From Octopus sinensis (Eukaryota): a DNA stretch of 64,000 bases. This document shows, piece by piece, positions 37,196 to 51,711 of the stretch. Under the pieces are notes generated by a model. That model was given only the letters and a program-made list of their open reading frames with translations, had not been told where the DNA came from and ran no database searches. How positions within the stretch are numbered: the first letter of the stretch is position 1; the number at the start of each line of letters is the position of its first letter. The stretch is from contig NC_042998.1 in the NCBI RefSeq assembly GCF_006345805.1, forward strand, positions 161,448,001 through 161,512,000, in the 5' to 3' direction. Made by a program: the position numbers and the translations under genes.

Positions 37196-37660
37196 TCCTT
37201 TTTACTCTAGGCACAAGGCCTGAGATTTGTGGGGAGGGGATAAGTTGATTACATCGACCCCAGTGCGTAAAAGGTGATTATTTCATCGATCCCCAAAAGG
37301 ATAAAAGGCAAGTTGACCTTGGTGGAATTTGAACTCAGAATGTGAAGACGGACAAAATATCTCTAAGCATTTTGATCGTGCTAACAATTCTGCCAGCTTG
37401 CCACCTTAATGGTAGTAGTAATGATAAGAACAATGTTAATAATTAAGATAATGAGCTATCAGAATCATTAATGTGCTGGACAAAATGCTTCGTGGCAGTG
37501 TTTTTGGTTCTTTGCATTCTGAGTTCAAATGCTGTTGAGGTTGACTTTTGCCTTTCATCCTTTCAGTTTGATGAAAAAATAAAGTACCAGTTGTGCACTG
37601 AGGGTTGATGTAATCAACTTCTCTCTCTCCTCATAATTTCTGGACTTGTGCCAAAATTAG
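37196..37660. mobile_element. Two head-to-head SINE family B copies (37196-37408 minus, 37452-37660 plus)
   Basis: Core and head motifs in opposite orientations. Confidence 0.75.
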
Positions 37661-38498
37661 ACAGGAAAAATGATGATGATGATGATTGATGATGATGATG
37701 ATGTAAAGATCAATAGCAACAACGATGATATTATCAATAATGCTGCCAATGTTAGACAATGATTATGAAACTAATGCAACTGCTGCTGGTTGCCACCACT
37801 GCTGCTATCACTGATATCAACAATGATGATGATGATAATGATGACAATGATGATACTGCTTCTCAAGACCTTTCCACCTTTTCTTTTTCTTTTGTTCATC
37901 TAACTTATTTGCAGCTGAGCTTGCTTCGAGACACCTCATCAACTCTTTAGCATTGAAATCAGCCATATCCAGCCAAAATATTCTACCTGCTTTATGTCCA
38001 AATTGGTCACATCTGGCCCCTCACACCTACCCTACAATGTTATTCTAAAAATTAATAATTACCTCATAAAAATCTCAAAGCTATAAGTCAATAAATGATG
38101 AATACAAAACAATGTGACTAAATGAGCATTACATTTGATTGAATTATCTAAATACTACAGAAACAGCATGTCTACATTCGGATTATATTTCAATATAAAC
38201 TGGTAATATTCTTTTTTCTGTAGTTCTCTTCCATCTCAACAACTTAAAAATATTTTCAAAGTATTATTTATATTATCCTTTACATACTTTGATCTTAGCC
38301 AATATGCGTTGTCCTGCAAGTTATTCAGTATGCTCACTACTGCATGTATCATATAAAAAGTACTCAGCATACTCTGTAAAGTAGTTGGTTTTAGCAAGAG
38401 CATCAAGCTGTAGAAACCATGCCAAAACAGACAGCAGCATTCTGTGCAGTCTTCTGCATGAAAACAGACATTAATCATGATGATGAGAATATATATAT

Positions 38499-38651
38499 AG
38501 GCGCAGGAGTGGCTGTGTGGTAAGTAGCTTGCTTACCAGCCCACATGGTTCCGGGTTCAGTCCTACTATGTGGCACCTTCTACTATAGCCTTGAGCTGAC
38601 CAAGCCTTGTGAGTGGATTTGGTAGACAGAAACTGAAAGAAATCCATCGTA

Positions 38652-38714
<63 letters not shown>

Positions 38715-38952
38715 ATATGTATGTATGTGTGTGTGTATATGTTTGTGTGACTGTGTTTGTCCCCCCCAACATCGCTTGACAACCAATGCTGGTGTGTTTA
38801 TGTCCCTGTAACTTAGCAGTTCGGCAAAAGAGACCGATAGAATAAGTACTAGGCTTACAAAGAACAAGTCCTGGGGTCAATTTGCTCGACTAAAGGTGGT
38901 GCTCCAGTATGGCCACAGTCAAATCACTGAAACAAGTAAAAGAGTAAAAGAG
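38499..38952 (+). mobile_element. SINE family A, full length
   Basis: GGCGCAGGAGTGGCTGTGTGG...GAAACAAGTAAAAGAG. Confidence 0.9.
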
Positions 38953-39534
38953 TATATATTAATTTATTTATATATATATATTCATATATATATATTTATA
39001 TATATATATATATATTCATTTATTTATCTGTATATATATTTTCATCAGAAGATGAAGGTTGGAATATGACCATTTTCAGTATCTCCAAGATGTGTGAGAA
39101 GAAGTGAGGAATTTATCCTTATATTAGAAGCCTGGGCTGATTGCTTGCAACAGAAACTACTTAAATGAATGCATCCAAAACCAGGATGGTGGTGCATAGC
39201 CAGTGGATGGATTAAGTCTACAACCCAAAGTTACTAAGATTGCCACAATGATAGACTTTCACACTGTTGAAGTCACCAACACTGTTTACTAAAATAAATA
39301 AAATGCTACCAAAACATATGTAAATTTTAATTGCCATTTGTGTTTACTTGTGTGTGTGGGTGTGTGTGTGTGTGTGTGTGTATTCGTATGTGTGTCTTTG
39401 TGTTCGTGTATGAACCTCCCACCACCACTTGACAACCAGTGCTGGTTTGGTAACATCCCTGTAGCCTAGTGGTTTAGCATACGAAGCTGATAGATAAGCA
39501 AGCTTAAAAATAAGTACAGGGTGTTGATTTAGTA

Positions 39535-40490
39535 GCTCCTACTCCTGCTGGCAACAAAGGTCCTCTCTCTCAGAGTGAAGGGCAGATTGTTTGATGCCTG
39601 TATGGGAACAGCCATGCTGCATGGCAGTGAAACATGGGCTATGACAGCCAAGGACATGTGCAGGCTTGAAAGAAATGAAGCCAGTATGATTCGCTGGGTG
39701 TGCAATGTCAGTGTGCATGTTCGACAGAGTGTAAGCATCTTGAGAGAAAAGTTAGGCATAAGAGGAATTAAATGTGGTGTGCAAGAGAGATGACTGCACT
39801 GGTATGGTCATGTGATGCATATGGACGAGGACAGCTGTGTAAAGAAGAGCTGATCTCTAACTGTGGAGGGAACCTGTGGTAGAGGTTGACTGAGGAAGTC
39901 ATAGGATGAGGTGGTGAAGCATGATCTTTGAACTTTGAACCTCTCAGTGGCAGTGACTAGTGACTGAGACCTTTGGTGATATGCTCTGCTTAAGACGACC
40001 CACCAAGCCAAGTGCACCCATGCTGGTGGCATGCAAAGCATCAACCTTTGAATGCTGGGCTTCACAGAGGCAAAGTGGCTGAGTTCCCTTTGAGTATTGG
40101 GCCTCATGGAGGCATAATGACTGAGTTCTTTTAAGCTTTGGGCCTGACAGGCAAAGTGGCTGAGTTCCTTTCGAGTATTGGGCCTCACAGAGGCAATGAC
40201 CAAGACTTTTGGCATTATGTCATGCTTGAGAAGAAGACCCATCAAGCTGAGCAAAATCGCAGTTGTGGCAGATACCAGTGTCACACAAATGGCACCCATG
40301 CCAGTGGCACGTAAAAGCACCCATTACATTCTCAAAGCAGTTGGCGTTAGGAAGGGCATCCAGTCATAGAAAACCATGCCAAATAAGACTGGAGCCTGGT
40401 GCAGCCTTTCAATGTGCCAGCTCAGTCAAATCGTCCAGCCCATGCCATCATGGACAATGAATGTTAAATGATGATGATAATGATGATGAT
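39535..40490 (+). mobile_element. 5'-truncated, decayed RTE LINE of the same family as 10381-12051
   Basis: LLATKVLSLRVKGRLFDACMGTAMLHGSETWAMTAKDMCRLERNEASMIRW; stops; 3' UTR and (ATG)n tail. Confidence 0.92.
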
Positions 40491-43400
40491 AAAAGGAACT
40501 GAAAAGAAGTCTGTCACATGTCTACAGAATTCCTTCATACGGAATTAGTTAGCCTTGGGCTAAAATAGAAGATACTTGCCTAAAATACCATGCAATAGGA
40601 CTGAACTCAAAGTAACATTGTTGAGAAGCAAACTTCTTAGCCACATAGCCATGCCTGCATTAATGGGGGTATAAATAATAACGATGATGTATTTTTGGAG
40701 AAGCAATGTTGTGGTAAGATTTGTTTCTTGGACTGGGTAGCATGTAATACCCTTCAAGAAGGTATTTGATTTTATGTTGCTCCATTTCATTCAGCTGAAA
40801 TTAGTATCAGTAGCAGCAACTTGGGGTTAATCCTGCTTCATAATGCCTCAGAAACTAGTATAAGCTCTGGCCTAATGTCTCTGTAAGCTCAAGACAGACA
40901 CTAACTTTTAAAGTTAACATACACATTTCCTAAGGGGGTACAACACAATGCCTGAACTCTTGATTAACACTTTAACCTCATATCTAAGAGTATACAATAC
41001 ATACACGCATAGACACACATATGTATATATATATGTATATATATATATATATATATATTCACATGTGTAGACAATTGGTCTCAAACTTGGAAACTCATAT
41101 GTCAAAAAATACACCATTGGGATATTATTATCACTAGATCACAAAGTTATTATAATGGTCATATCTGCTTCTTCTCTATGGTTCTTCTGTTATTCTTTAT
41201 CGCTGCTATTGTTGTTAATGCTACTGCTGTTGTTGCTATTATTAGGTCCCCATGTGATTAAATCATCCTACATTCCTCCATAGATAGGAAGATAAAACCT
41301 GTGGAATCTTTCAATAAATTCAACTTGTATTGGAAGAAGAAGTTATGAGAGAATTAATTTAAAGTGACATTTTGGAAATTTGGTCTAGAAAATTAATCAG
41401 AAAAATATGAAGGATTGCTTTTGTGTGACATCATTCTGATTGGAATTAGTTTTCAATTTATTCAAATTTGTCAAACAACTGATACAGAGCAACTTTATTT
41501 ATGACATACATCAATGTCTTTTTCATGCATACAACTGCATGTGTTCATCCTTCTGTTAGAGTTTACACATATACACATGCGAGTTCTGAAACTGTATATA
41601 TATATGTTTGCATGCGCAATTATATATGTTTTTAATTGTGTGTAGTGCATGTTTCTATACATATGAATATGTGTAAATACAATGCAATACACACACACAT
41701 ACACACATACATGTATATACACATTCTCTGCTTATAGTCTTTAGTTCACTAAGCATTTCTGTTAGTCATTTATCTTGCACAGCCAATATATGGTACTAAT
41801 AAGTGATTGATAGATAGTTATCATAGGCATCGGATGTCTTGCTAGGTCACTCCAGAGGTTGTCAGCAATCAAGCTATCGTACTTTTATTGAAGCTGACTG
41901 TCTAAATTTGTATACGTTTGAGTAAGGATCTGACATAGAACTAATAAAGTTCATTTATGCAGCAAAATTGACTTGTTGTAGATTCCCAGTGACTGTCAGC
42001 GACATTGTTGGTCTTGTAAGACTTTAATGATAAACTGAATGAATCTGCAATTCAGGGTTAGTAGGTCATTATTTCTTTAGCACTTCATTGATAGTAACTT
42101 ATCTTTCTTGATAGTAAATAATTTCAAGAAAAAGTCTGTAATGAATTCCTCTTGTTTACAGCTTTCTTCCATAGTTCACAAATATTTTCTGATTTTAGCA
42201 ACAGTTACAATAAAACGAAACTGAAATTAAGGGGCAGAGGCTACCAATAACTTCCTGGTGGCTTTGTCATATTTTTTTTTAACTATAATTATTGTTTCCC
42301 CATTTTTTATTCATGTCTGTATTTTGTAATTATTGTTGTTCTTGATCTTTAGGAACTTTCATTTATGTAATACATAAAAAAACAAAATTATGTTAGTATT
42401 GCAAGCTTTAAATTTAGTTTCCTCCTCAGTAAAAAGGTAGCATTGTGGTAACAAGTGAAGGCATACAACCTAATGGTTAGAGTGCTGGGCTTGCAATTGT
42501 TAGGTTGTGAGTTCAATTCTTGAACTGGGTAGTAAGTTGCATTCTTAACCCGGGCTCATCTTAGCTAGTCCACTTAGCTAAAAATGAGCACCACCTGCCA
42601 TTGGGTGGGGGTATTATCCATGTGATGGTCAGGCATCTATTTCGTGGTGGGGAAGGTTTTGTACTTTCAGTTGCCTAAATACCTTAAAAGTCCACATAAG
42701 CTCCAACCACATGTGTCTGTGAGTTTGAGTCAGATTTTGTGATGAAAAAAAAAAAAGGAAAACCATCCGATTGTTTCAAACTATATTTACATGTTTTAAA
42801 GCTTCATAAGATAAGGATGCAATATCATAGCTGTTAATTGAAATACAGTATTAAAATATTTAGTTCTTAGACAATGAGTGCTTATTTGGACCTTTGACTG
42901 TATTGGCATGAAATACTTCATTGATAGTAACTTATCTTTCTTGATATATCTGTGTTGTCACTCACTGATGTTTTATCCCCCTGCTCTTGCCACAGTTGCA
43001 GTATCCCTTGATAATGCCCTCTCTCTCTCATATGCATTCTATCAGCTCTACTGAACTTTAGAGTTTGGCAATGACTTATGCTTGAGGAGAATTGAATATT
43101 TACAAATTAAAAAACAAAACAAAACAATGCACAACAGATGAAATGATTTTATTCACATTCCATACTGGTTGATAAAACTGTTTAGCTGCAGCAGCTATAT
43201 CAACCCTAATAAAATGTACGTATGATATGAGACTTCACTTTCAACCACAGAAACATATATACAGAAAAGATGCAAGTTACATTTCGTTTTTGGATTTGGT
43301 TTGCAAGATTCTTTACATGAGTTCGTGTGTTGAAGCATAGTCTGTTGTGTCTGGGGATAAGGCACAAAAAGAAAATGACTCTCCCCAGACACAACAGAAT

Positions 43401-44574
43401 ATATAAGTTACAGACATACTAAAAAGGGGCAAATGTTACAGATATACTCAAAAGGCACGTATGTTAGGCATACCAATGAATACTATTCTAAAAGTATGTT
43501 GATGATACATATATGTATGTATTTGCGTGTGAATGTATACAGAAAATACATGAAGAGCATACTATGAATGTGCAAGATGCAAGTGGGTCTACATAATGTG
43601 TTCACTGCTTTCGATTAAATCTAAAGCATTTGTGTGTTTTTATACAAGTGAATCTGTAGAAAGTTCAGTGTATGCAATCTGTCAAAAGTGTGTAGCATGT
43701 GTTAGTGGTAGATGCTTCATAATAATAGTTGTGAGAATTGTAATGGATATGGCTGTAAATTGTTGCAGCTGACCAAGGTTGTGAAAGCCATACCTGTATG
43801 AGTGTATATAGGGTGCTTGCACAATGAAGCAGAGATCAAATGATGATGTCAAGAGCAACTCGCACTTCCTTACCCTCCACCAACTTTCCCCCGCGATAAA
43901 TACCTCCAGTTCTTCTATACTGCTGTTGGCCTGAACAACCACCTCAGGCACTGACACCATTCACACCTATCAGGGTGAAGAGGCTCAATCACTCACTACA
44001 TATTAACTACTTGAATATGAGTTAATGCTGGCAATGACAATGTATATATGCACTATAAATGGAAATTGATAATTATGAAAAGTCTGAATTCTTGAGCTTC
44101 TGGTAAAAATTAGTTTGGTGAGCTCATATTTCTAGTGCAAATTAGTTATACTAAGCATAAGCTATTGTTGACCTGGTTGCTTTTCATTGAGAATTATCAA
44201 CAAGGTAGATATTTGCTACACTAGTGATTGTTCATTTACTGTCTTCCTACATAAGAAGTGACAGATTTTGCAGCAGCAAGCTGTGAGTATATGCTACTGA
44301 GAATGCACAATGAGGCAGAAATGTATCTAACATTCTTCCCAGCTGCTGCTAGGATGATTTTTGTCTCCCTCCAATATATGAGGTGTTTTTAAACATTGCA
44401 CGTCCATAAGAGATATTATATCTAGATGACTATAACTAAGTTTACTTTTTGCAATATAATTTATGTTAAGTATGATACACACATGGCTATTTTCAAGTCA
44501 TACTGCTTCTGTTACATATCTATGTGTGTGTGTATATATATATATATATATACATATATTTTATATATATAAAA

Positions 44575-44860
44575 AATACAAAAATGGGACAAGAACGCAA
44601 AACATCCAGACAGACGATACAAAGAAAACAAGGACAGGTCCTTCGAAGGTTTCTTTCTTCAGTCAAGTTCCAGATTATCTTTGCAATTTTGGCTGTTTAT
44701 ACTTGAGATTGCTCCAATCTGGCCAGCCCCAAGGAAAAACTAAGCTAAGAGCCTTAGATTCCTTGGAAGGAAGTAATGAATGTATACGAAAACAAGGATG
44801 GAAAAAAATGGTAGCTGAAAAGCTGCACGATAGGGCTCTTCATGCATTGAGTACATATTA
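44575..44860 (-). mobile_element. Unclassified TA-adjacent non-coding repeat related to 19708-20080
   Basis: Reverse complement shares motif order with 19708-20080. Confidence 0.5.
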
Positions 44861-45248
44861 AATTTGTATGAACTCGACCAATATTTTTCAAGTAATGAAC
44901 AATTTTCATCAAAACAATGATATAATTTGTCGACTTCGAACTTATTGCAAAGTTGCATGATAAACAATATTTTTTTGTCTTCCCTTTTGGAGGTCTGTAC
45001 AATTTTTTTTTGTGTAACCACTTTATTTCTCTTTCTCTATTTCTGTTGATAGTTTTCAACCATCACCATCACCAGTACCACCACCATCGTCACCATAACT
45101 GCCATGCACACACCATTCAGACTTCTGATGTCACTACCATCAATACCTTTGACTTTGCCACCTTCCCCTCCACCACCATCACCACTGTCTTTCACATCAC
45201 TTACTATCATTGTCATCCCCGACTGCCTCAGCTACCACCACCACCACC

Positions 45249-45284
<36 letters not shown>

Positions 45285-45398
45285 TATATACATATATATA
45301 TATACACACACATATATATGTATTATATGTGTGCGTATGTATGTATGTATGCATGCATGTATGTATGTATGTATGTATGTATGTATGTTTCAATCTAT

Positions 45399-45454
<56 letters not shown>

Positions 45455-45457
45455 ATA

Positions 45458-46102
45458 TGAATGCCTTTCCTCCCTTGGACACAAAGACCTGTTGAGGCAA
45501 GCGAAGTCGATATAGAACCTCATCCGACGACAGACACCCATGCCAACCCCCCCCCTGCTTGCGAAGACATGTTGGGGCAAGCGAAATCGAAACCGAATTG
45601 AACCAGCCAGGATCCCTGGTCTGGTGGTACGTAAAAAGCACTATCCGACTCGTGGCCGTGGCACGTAAAATACTCCAATGCGACCGTACGACAGGCACCC
45701 ATGCCCCCCCCCCATTGCTTGTGAAGACATGTTGGGGCAAGCGAATCGAAATCGAATTGAACCAGCCAGGATCCCTGGTCTGGTGGTACGTAAAAAGCAC
45801 TATCCGACTCGTGGCCGATGCCAGCACCGCCTCGACTGGCTTCCGTGCCGGTGGCACATAAAATACACCAATCCGACCGTGGCCGTTGCCAGCCTCGCCT
45901 GGCACCTGTGCAGGTGGCACGTAAAAAGCACCCACTACACTCACGGAGTGGTTGGCGTTAGGAAGGGCATCCAGGTGTAGAAACATTGCCAGATTAGACT
46001 GGAGCCTGGTGCAGCCTTCTGGTTTCCCAGAACCTCGGTCGAACCATCCAACCCATGCTAGCATGGAGAACGGACGTTAAACGATGATGATGATGATGAT
46101 GA
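45458..46102 (+). mobile_element. Young RTE 3' UTR with internal ~160-bp duplication
   Basis: 45536-45658 is repeated at 45697-45817; CpG-rich; standard RTE tail. Confidence 0.85.
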
Positions 46103-46131
46103 TATATATATAATATATATATATATATATA

Positions 46132-46482
46132 AGCACAGTGTGGCCGTGTGGCAAAAAGTTTGCTTCCTAACATTATGGTTCTGGGTTCAGTCCCACTGTG
46201 TGACACCTTGGACAAGTGTCATTTACTATATACTATAACCTCGGGTTGACCAAAGACTTGTGAGTACATTTGGTAGACGGAAGCTGAAAGAAGCCTGCTA
46301 TATATATATACATACATACACATACAAATACATTCACATACTAAGAAGTTCACTTCCCAACCAAGTAGTTTCAGGTTCATTACCATGGTGTGGCATCTTA
46401 GGCAAGTATCTTCCACTATAACTCAGGGTTGATCACAGCTGTGTGAGTAGGTTTTGTTCATTGAAGCTGAAACATGTCCATC
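46132..46482 (+). mobile_element. Two SINE family A 5' halves in tandem
   Basis: Head and ...GAAGCTGAAA motifs each occur twice. Confidence 0.75.
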
Positions 46483-47166
46483 ATATATATATATACGTAC
46501 ATCCATCTGTGCACACGTGAATGTATGTGTGTGAGTGCATTTGACTACGTTTGTGCCTTTAGAAATATTGCAAGCTATAAGTGGTGATGTTGATTCACAA
46601 ATCAATGACATGTAAAATAAGAGACCTTTTACATGAAAAACAGCTAAGGTTTAATAACAGGAAGAGTTTCTGGCTGTAAAATAATATTCGGTAAAGCATT
46701 CAAGTAATCATGGTAGCACGAGAAAAATTATCAGAAAAGCAAACAAATATGAGGGTAGCGGAACAAAGAAAAGAAAGTAGCACTCACTACATTTAGTTGA
46801 TGTTTTAAGTATTTAATAACAGGCTAACTCAACTCTACATTACTTGAAGTTTCGTCGGCACAGATTCAGACGTTACAGTGTCTATACATCTGAGGATGCA
46901 GTCATGTGTCTGTGCATATGAAACTTTAAGTGGAGTTGAGTTAACCTGTTATGAAGTGTGTGTGCATGCGTGCATGTGTGTGTGTGTGTACGTGTATGAT
47001 TTAAATGCTAATTTACGGATCCGTTGCTTTAGATGTGGATGCACTAGATGCAGTATACCACATTGACTTCAACCATAATTGCACTTCTTTAATACAGATG
47101 GTGTTGTAACTAAAACACAACCACCACCACCACCACCACCACCACCATCATCATCATCATTATCAT

Positions 47167-47211
<45 letters not shown>

Positions 47212-48311
47212 TACTAGAGTTATCATTAATATCACATCACCATAACTCCCTTTAACTATCACCATCTTTCTTGCCGGCATCACTTATGTAAGATAGAAGT
47301 TCCTATTTTTCTTTCCCTCCACTTTTTTTTTATTATTTCTATTTATTGTTTTTATTTTATTTATTCATGTTTTTATGAATCTTCACCTTCCTAAGTCCTA
47401 CCATATGTGAGTTTTCTACACAGAAATTGAAGTCTTATAGTCTCTATAAAGCCATATTATCAATACATTGCGAACTTAATATAAATAGACATTTGACAAA
47501 CCTCCTCATAGCAATATTAATTTGTTCAACGGAAGCAATTTTTTTTTGTTTATTTTCTTTATCTTTTTTTCCTTTCCTTTTTCTTTCACGATGGATTAAG
47601 ACAGCAATGATATCTCAGCTTAGCATAAACCTTTCTCATGTCGTGATATAATCTCTGTATTCTATTATTAATTTTCTTTGCATGAATATAGTGGAGTTAC
47701 CTAGGATAAAGCTTTCATCAGTTGAAATCAACAGTATTTCTGGCAGTCATATTGTCAACCTGATTGGTTGCCAATAACTTGATATATGACCATTTGCTAT
47801 TAAACTAGATAAAAATCTTCCCATCTTTCCTTTAAGGTTTCCTCATATGTGTTAGAATATCTCATTCGCATACAGACACAGATGCATGCATATGGGAGTA
47901 TGAGCCTTCTGCCTGCACTAAAAGACATATATATATGCATACATACATACATACACACACATGTGCACACACACACACATGCACACACACACACACACAC
48001 ATACATTCCCATATAATGCATGCCAGCTAACTCATGTGCACACATATGCACACATGTATACACACACATATACATACAGGCATATAAGGTATATAAAAAG
48101 ATTTGAGGATACACACATTTATCTAAATATTTTTTAATATATAATTAGACACATGTATTGAAAAAAATACTTGCCCTTCAATACTTTTATCAACCATGTG
48201 TATAGCTGTGTGTGTGTACATACACCCACATATATACATGTATATAAAAGGAAGAGATAAACCATGAAATAGATAAATTCATGCATCCCATATATACATA
48301 TATACATGGAC

Positions 48312-48361
<50 letters not shown>

Positions 48362-48484
48362 TATATATTATATATATAATATATATATATATTATATATA
48401 TGTGTATATATATGTATATTTATATGTATATATAGTGGTAATATCTATGTATATATATATGTATATTGTATACATATGTATATG

Positions 48485-48561
<77 letters not shown>

Positions 48562-48644
48562 GTATATATATAATGTATATATATATATATATAATATATA
48601 TATAATATATATATTATATATATGTGTATATATATGTATATATA

Positions 48645-48691
<47 letters not shown>

Positions 48692-49382
48692 CACACATAT
48701 ATATATATACACACACACATATATATATATACATATACACAGATAGATAATTAGAAAGGGAGATAAAAAGAAGGACAGAATGATTAAACAGATACACACA
48801 CACACACATACATATGTATATATATTATATATATATATATATATATATGTATGAATGTATGCCTAACTACCAGCTGAGGTTCTGCTGCATGCATTAGTTT
48901 ATACATATTTTAGATACTTCTACATACATATGTACAAACACAAACAGTTTAGCACTGTTTCTAGTATGGGTGAATGAACGTACATGAACACATGCCAGTA
49001 CACAAATCCATTTAAATAGACCCACACATCATAGCATTTAAGACACATAAAATATATATATATATATATTATATATATATATATATATATACTATAAATC
49101 TATAAATCACATGTATGAATGTATGAATGTTAACATACACACACGTATCTTCACACTTGTGCATGTACATATGCACATGAAAGAATAAGAATGCACACAA
49201 TTGCAATAGATTCTGTACACCTACATACGTGTTTGCATGGATGTAAATGTAAGTATGGCTGTATGAATGTATGTTTATGTGTGTCTGTATGTATATTCAT
49301 ATATATGTACAGATATATTTATATACGCACGCACATATATACTTATATGTATTTATATTTATATAATATATATGTGTATATA

Positions 49383-49454
<72 letters not shown>

Positions 49455-49515
49455 GAACATATGCTTACAAATATACATACACACATACATAGACACATAC
49501 ATACAAATGCATATA

Positions 49516-49555
<40 letters not shown>

Positions 49556-51215
49556 GCACAGAAACACACATACACACATACATACATACTTACACATACA
49601 GTTAGGTCGTCAACATGCAATGTATTATCTATTAAAAGTCTCTCAAGGGAAAATTGGGAAATTGATTTTTCAAATGAATTTTTGATTTGAGGTAAAAATT
49701 CATATTACAGTCTGATAGTCACAACAGAAGAACCATCCTCTTTGTTCTTCTATTATCTTACAACTAACATCTGAAAATATGGCCAAATTTCTGCCTTGCT
49801 ATGTAGTAATTAATTCTAACTGGGGGCATTGAAGTCGACACACACACACACACCACACACACACACACACACACATACAGTAATACGCTCCAACATATGC
49901 ACACATACACACATATGCACACTTGCTCTTTCTCTCACTCACACACTTTCAAATTCACATATTAATATTCATACACATTTAAACATTCATGTATACTTAT
50001 ACATGAATGTTTATATGTATGCATATAAACATGCTCCGTCTCACTAACAGATGCTTATACTTAAACACATAATCTTATACAGACACAATCAAAATCTCAG
50101 ACACACACAAACACACACACACACACATGCAAAACACAAACATAGATAGAAATACAGACACCTGAATGCATGAATAACACACACATACATGTGTAACTTT
50201 ATGTACATTTATTATGTGCATTTAGACATAATATACACCCATACATAGAGTCAGAAACACAGCTACATAATCAAGTACATACATATAATTTATTCTCTCT
50301 TAAAGGCATTGAAATTATAAAACAAAAGATACATAATTTAAAGGACACATATATGCGTATACAAATACACATAGAAAATATATATTCAAATACATATATA
50401 CAGACATATATTATATACCCATATTATATAAAAATGTATATATCTATATACTACATACATATGTGTACATATATATATGTGTGTGTATTTACATAAGCAT
50501 ACATACATATACTTATATGTATATGTATACATATATATAAAGAGAGAGAGAGAGAGTGGGGAGAAAGTGAGTGAGATACATAATTAAACAGATGTCTGTT
50601 CAGACACATGTTTATGTGTTGTCACAAATGTGCATATATATATATATTATATATATATATATATACATACATATATATATGTGTGTGTGTGCATGTATGT
50701 ATATTGTATATATATATGTATCTATATGTATATATATGTATATATGTATGAGTATATATATATATATATGCATGTATGTATATATATATATATATGCATG
50801 TATAGAATGATCCAAACAGATGTTTCTTCAGACACATGTACATCTGCATGAAATAACAAATTCTTACATATTGCGTAAGACATTGATGTCAACTAACAAA
50901 TGTTGAAACATTATAATACCCTCAGGCAACTTTAACTTTGTACAACTTTACTTCTAAATATTTTAAAATTAATCAATGAAAAGGATAAGTAAAAGAATTT
51001 ATTACATTTTTAAATAGATTCTTGAGATTATAATGATCAGCACATCCATGATCATTATGTATACAAACTGTGATGAAATTCAAAAGTTCTATAAATAGAT
51101 TGATTATGGCAAAATTATTTAAAAATCATTTTACTAAATTCTTCTTTACTTTTAAAACTAATTGTAATAGTCGGTATTTCAACAGAAAAATAGTAACAGA
51201 AATGATTAATACAAA

Positions 51216-51711
51216 GGCAGCATGCCGGCAGAAGCATTAGCATGCCAGGCGAAATGCTTAGTAGTATTTTGTCTGCTGTTACGTTCTGAGTTCAAATTCC
51301 ACCTAGGTTGATTTTGCCTTTCATTCTTTCGGGGTCGATTAAATAATTACCAGTTACACACTGGGGTCGATATAATCGACTTAATCTGTGTGTTTGTCCT
51401 TGTTTGTCCCCTCTGTGTTTAGCCCCTTGTGGGTAGTAAAGAAATAGGTATTTCGTCTGCCATTATGTTCTGAGTTCAAATTCCACAAATTCCAGAAACA
51501 TTAGCATGCCAGGCGAAATGCTTAGTGGTATTTCGTATGCTGTTTCATTCTGAGTTCAAATTCCACCTAGGTTGACTTTGCCTTTCATCCTTTCAGGGTC
51601 GATAAATTAAGTCTCAGTTCTGCAGTGGGGTCGATCTAATTGGCTTAATCCGTTTGCCTGTCCTTGTTTGTCCCCTCTATGTTTAGCCCCTTGTGGGCAA
51701 TAAAGAAATAA
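51216..51711 (+). mobile_element. SINE family B partial tandem multimer
   Basis: Full unit 51216-51447, fragment 51448-51487, second unit 51494-51711. Confidence 0.85.

Noticed and set aside
41982-42050. Loose hairpin or possible small exon
   Set aside because: Pairing is too imperfect for a pre-miRNA and the splice signals are weak.
46835-46906. Possible minus-strand HHR (CTGCAT-CCTCAGA...GAC-GAAAC-TTCAA-GTA-ATGTAG)
   Set aside because: Stem I and the 3' core fit, but the 5' core has three mismatches and stem II is weak; not distinguishable from chance by eye.
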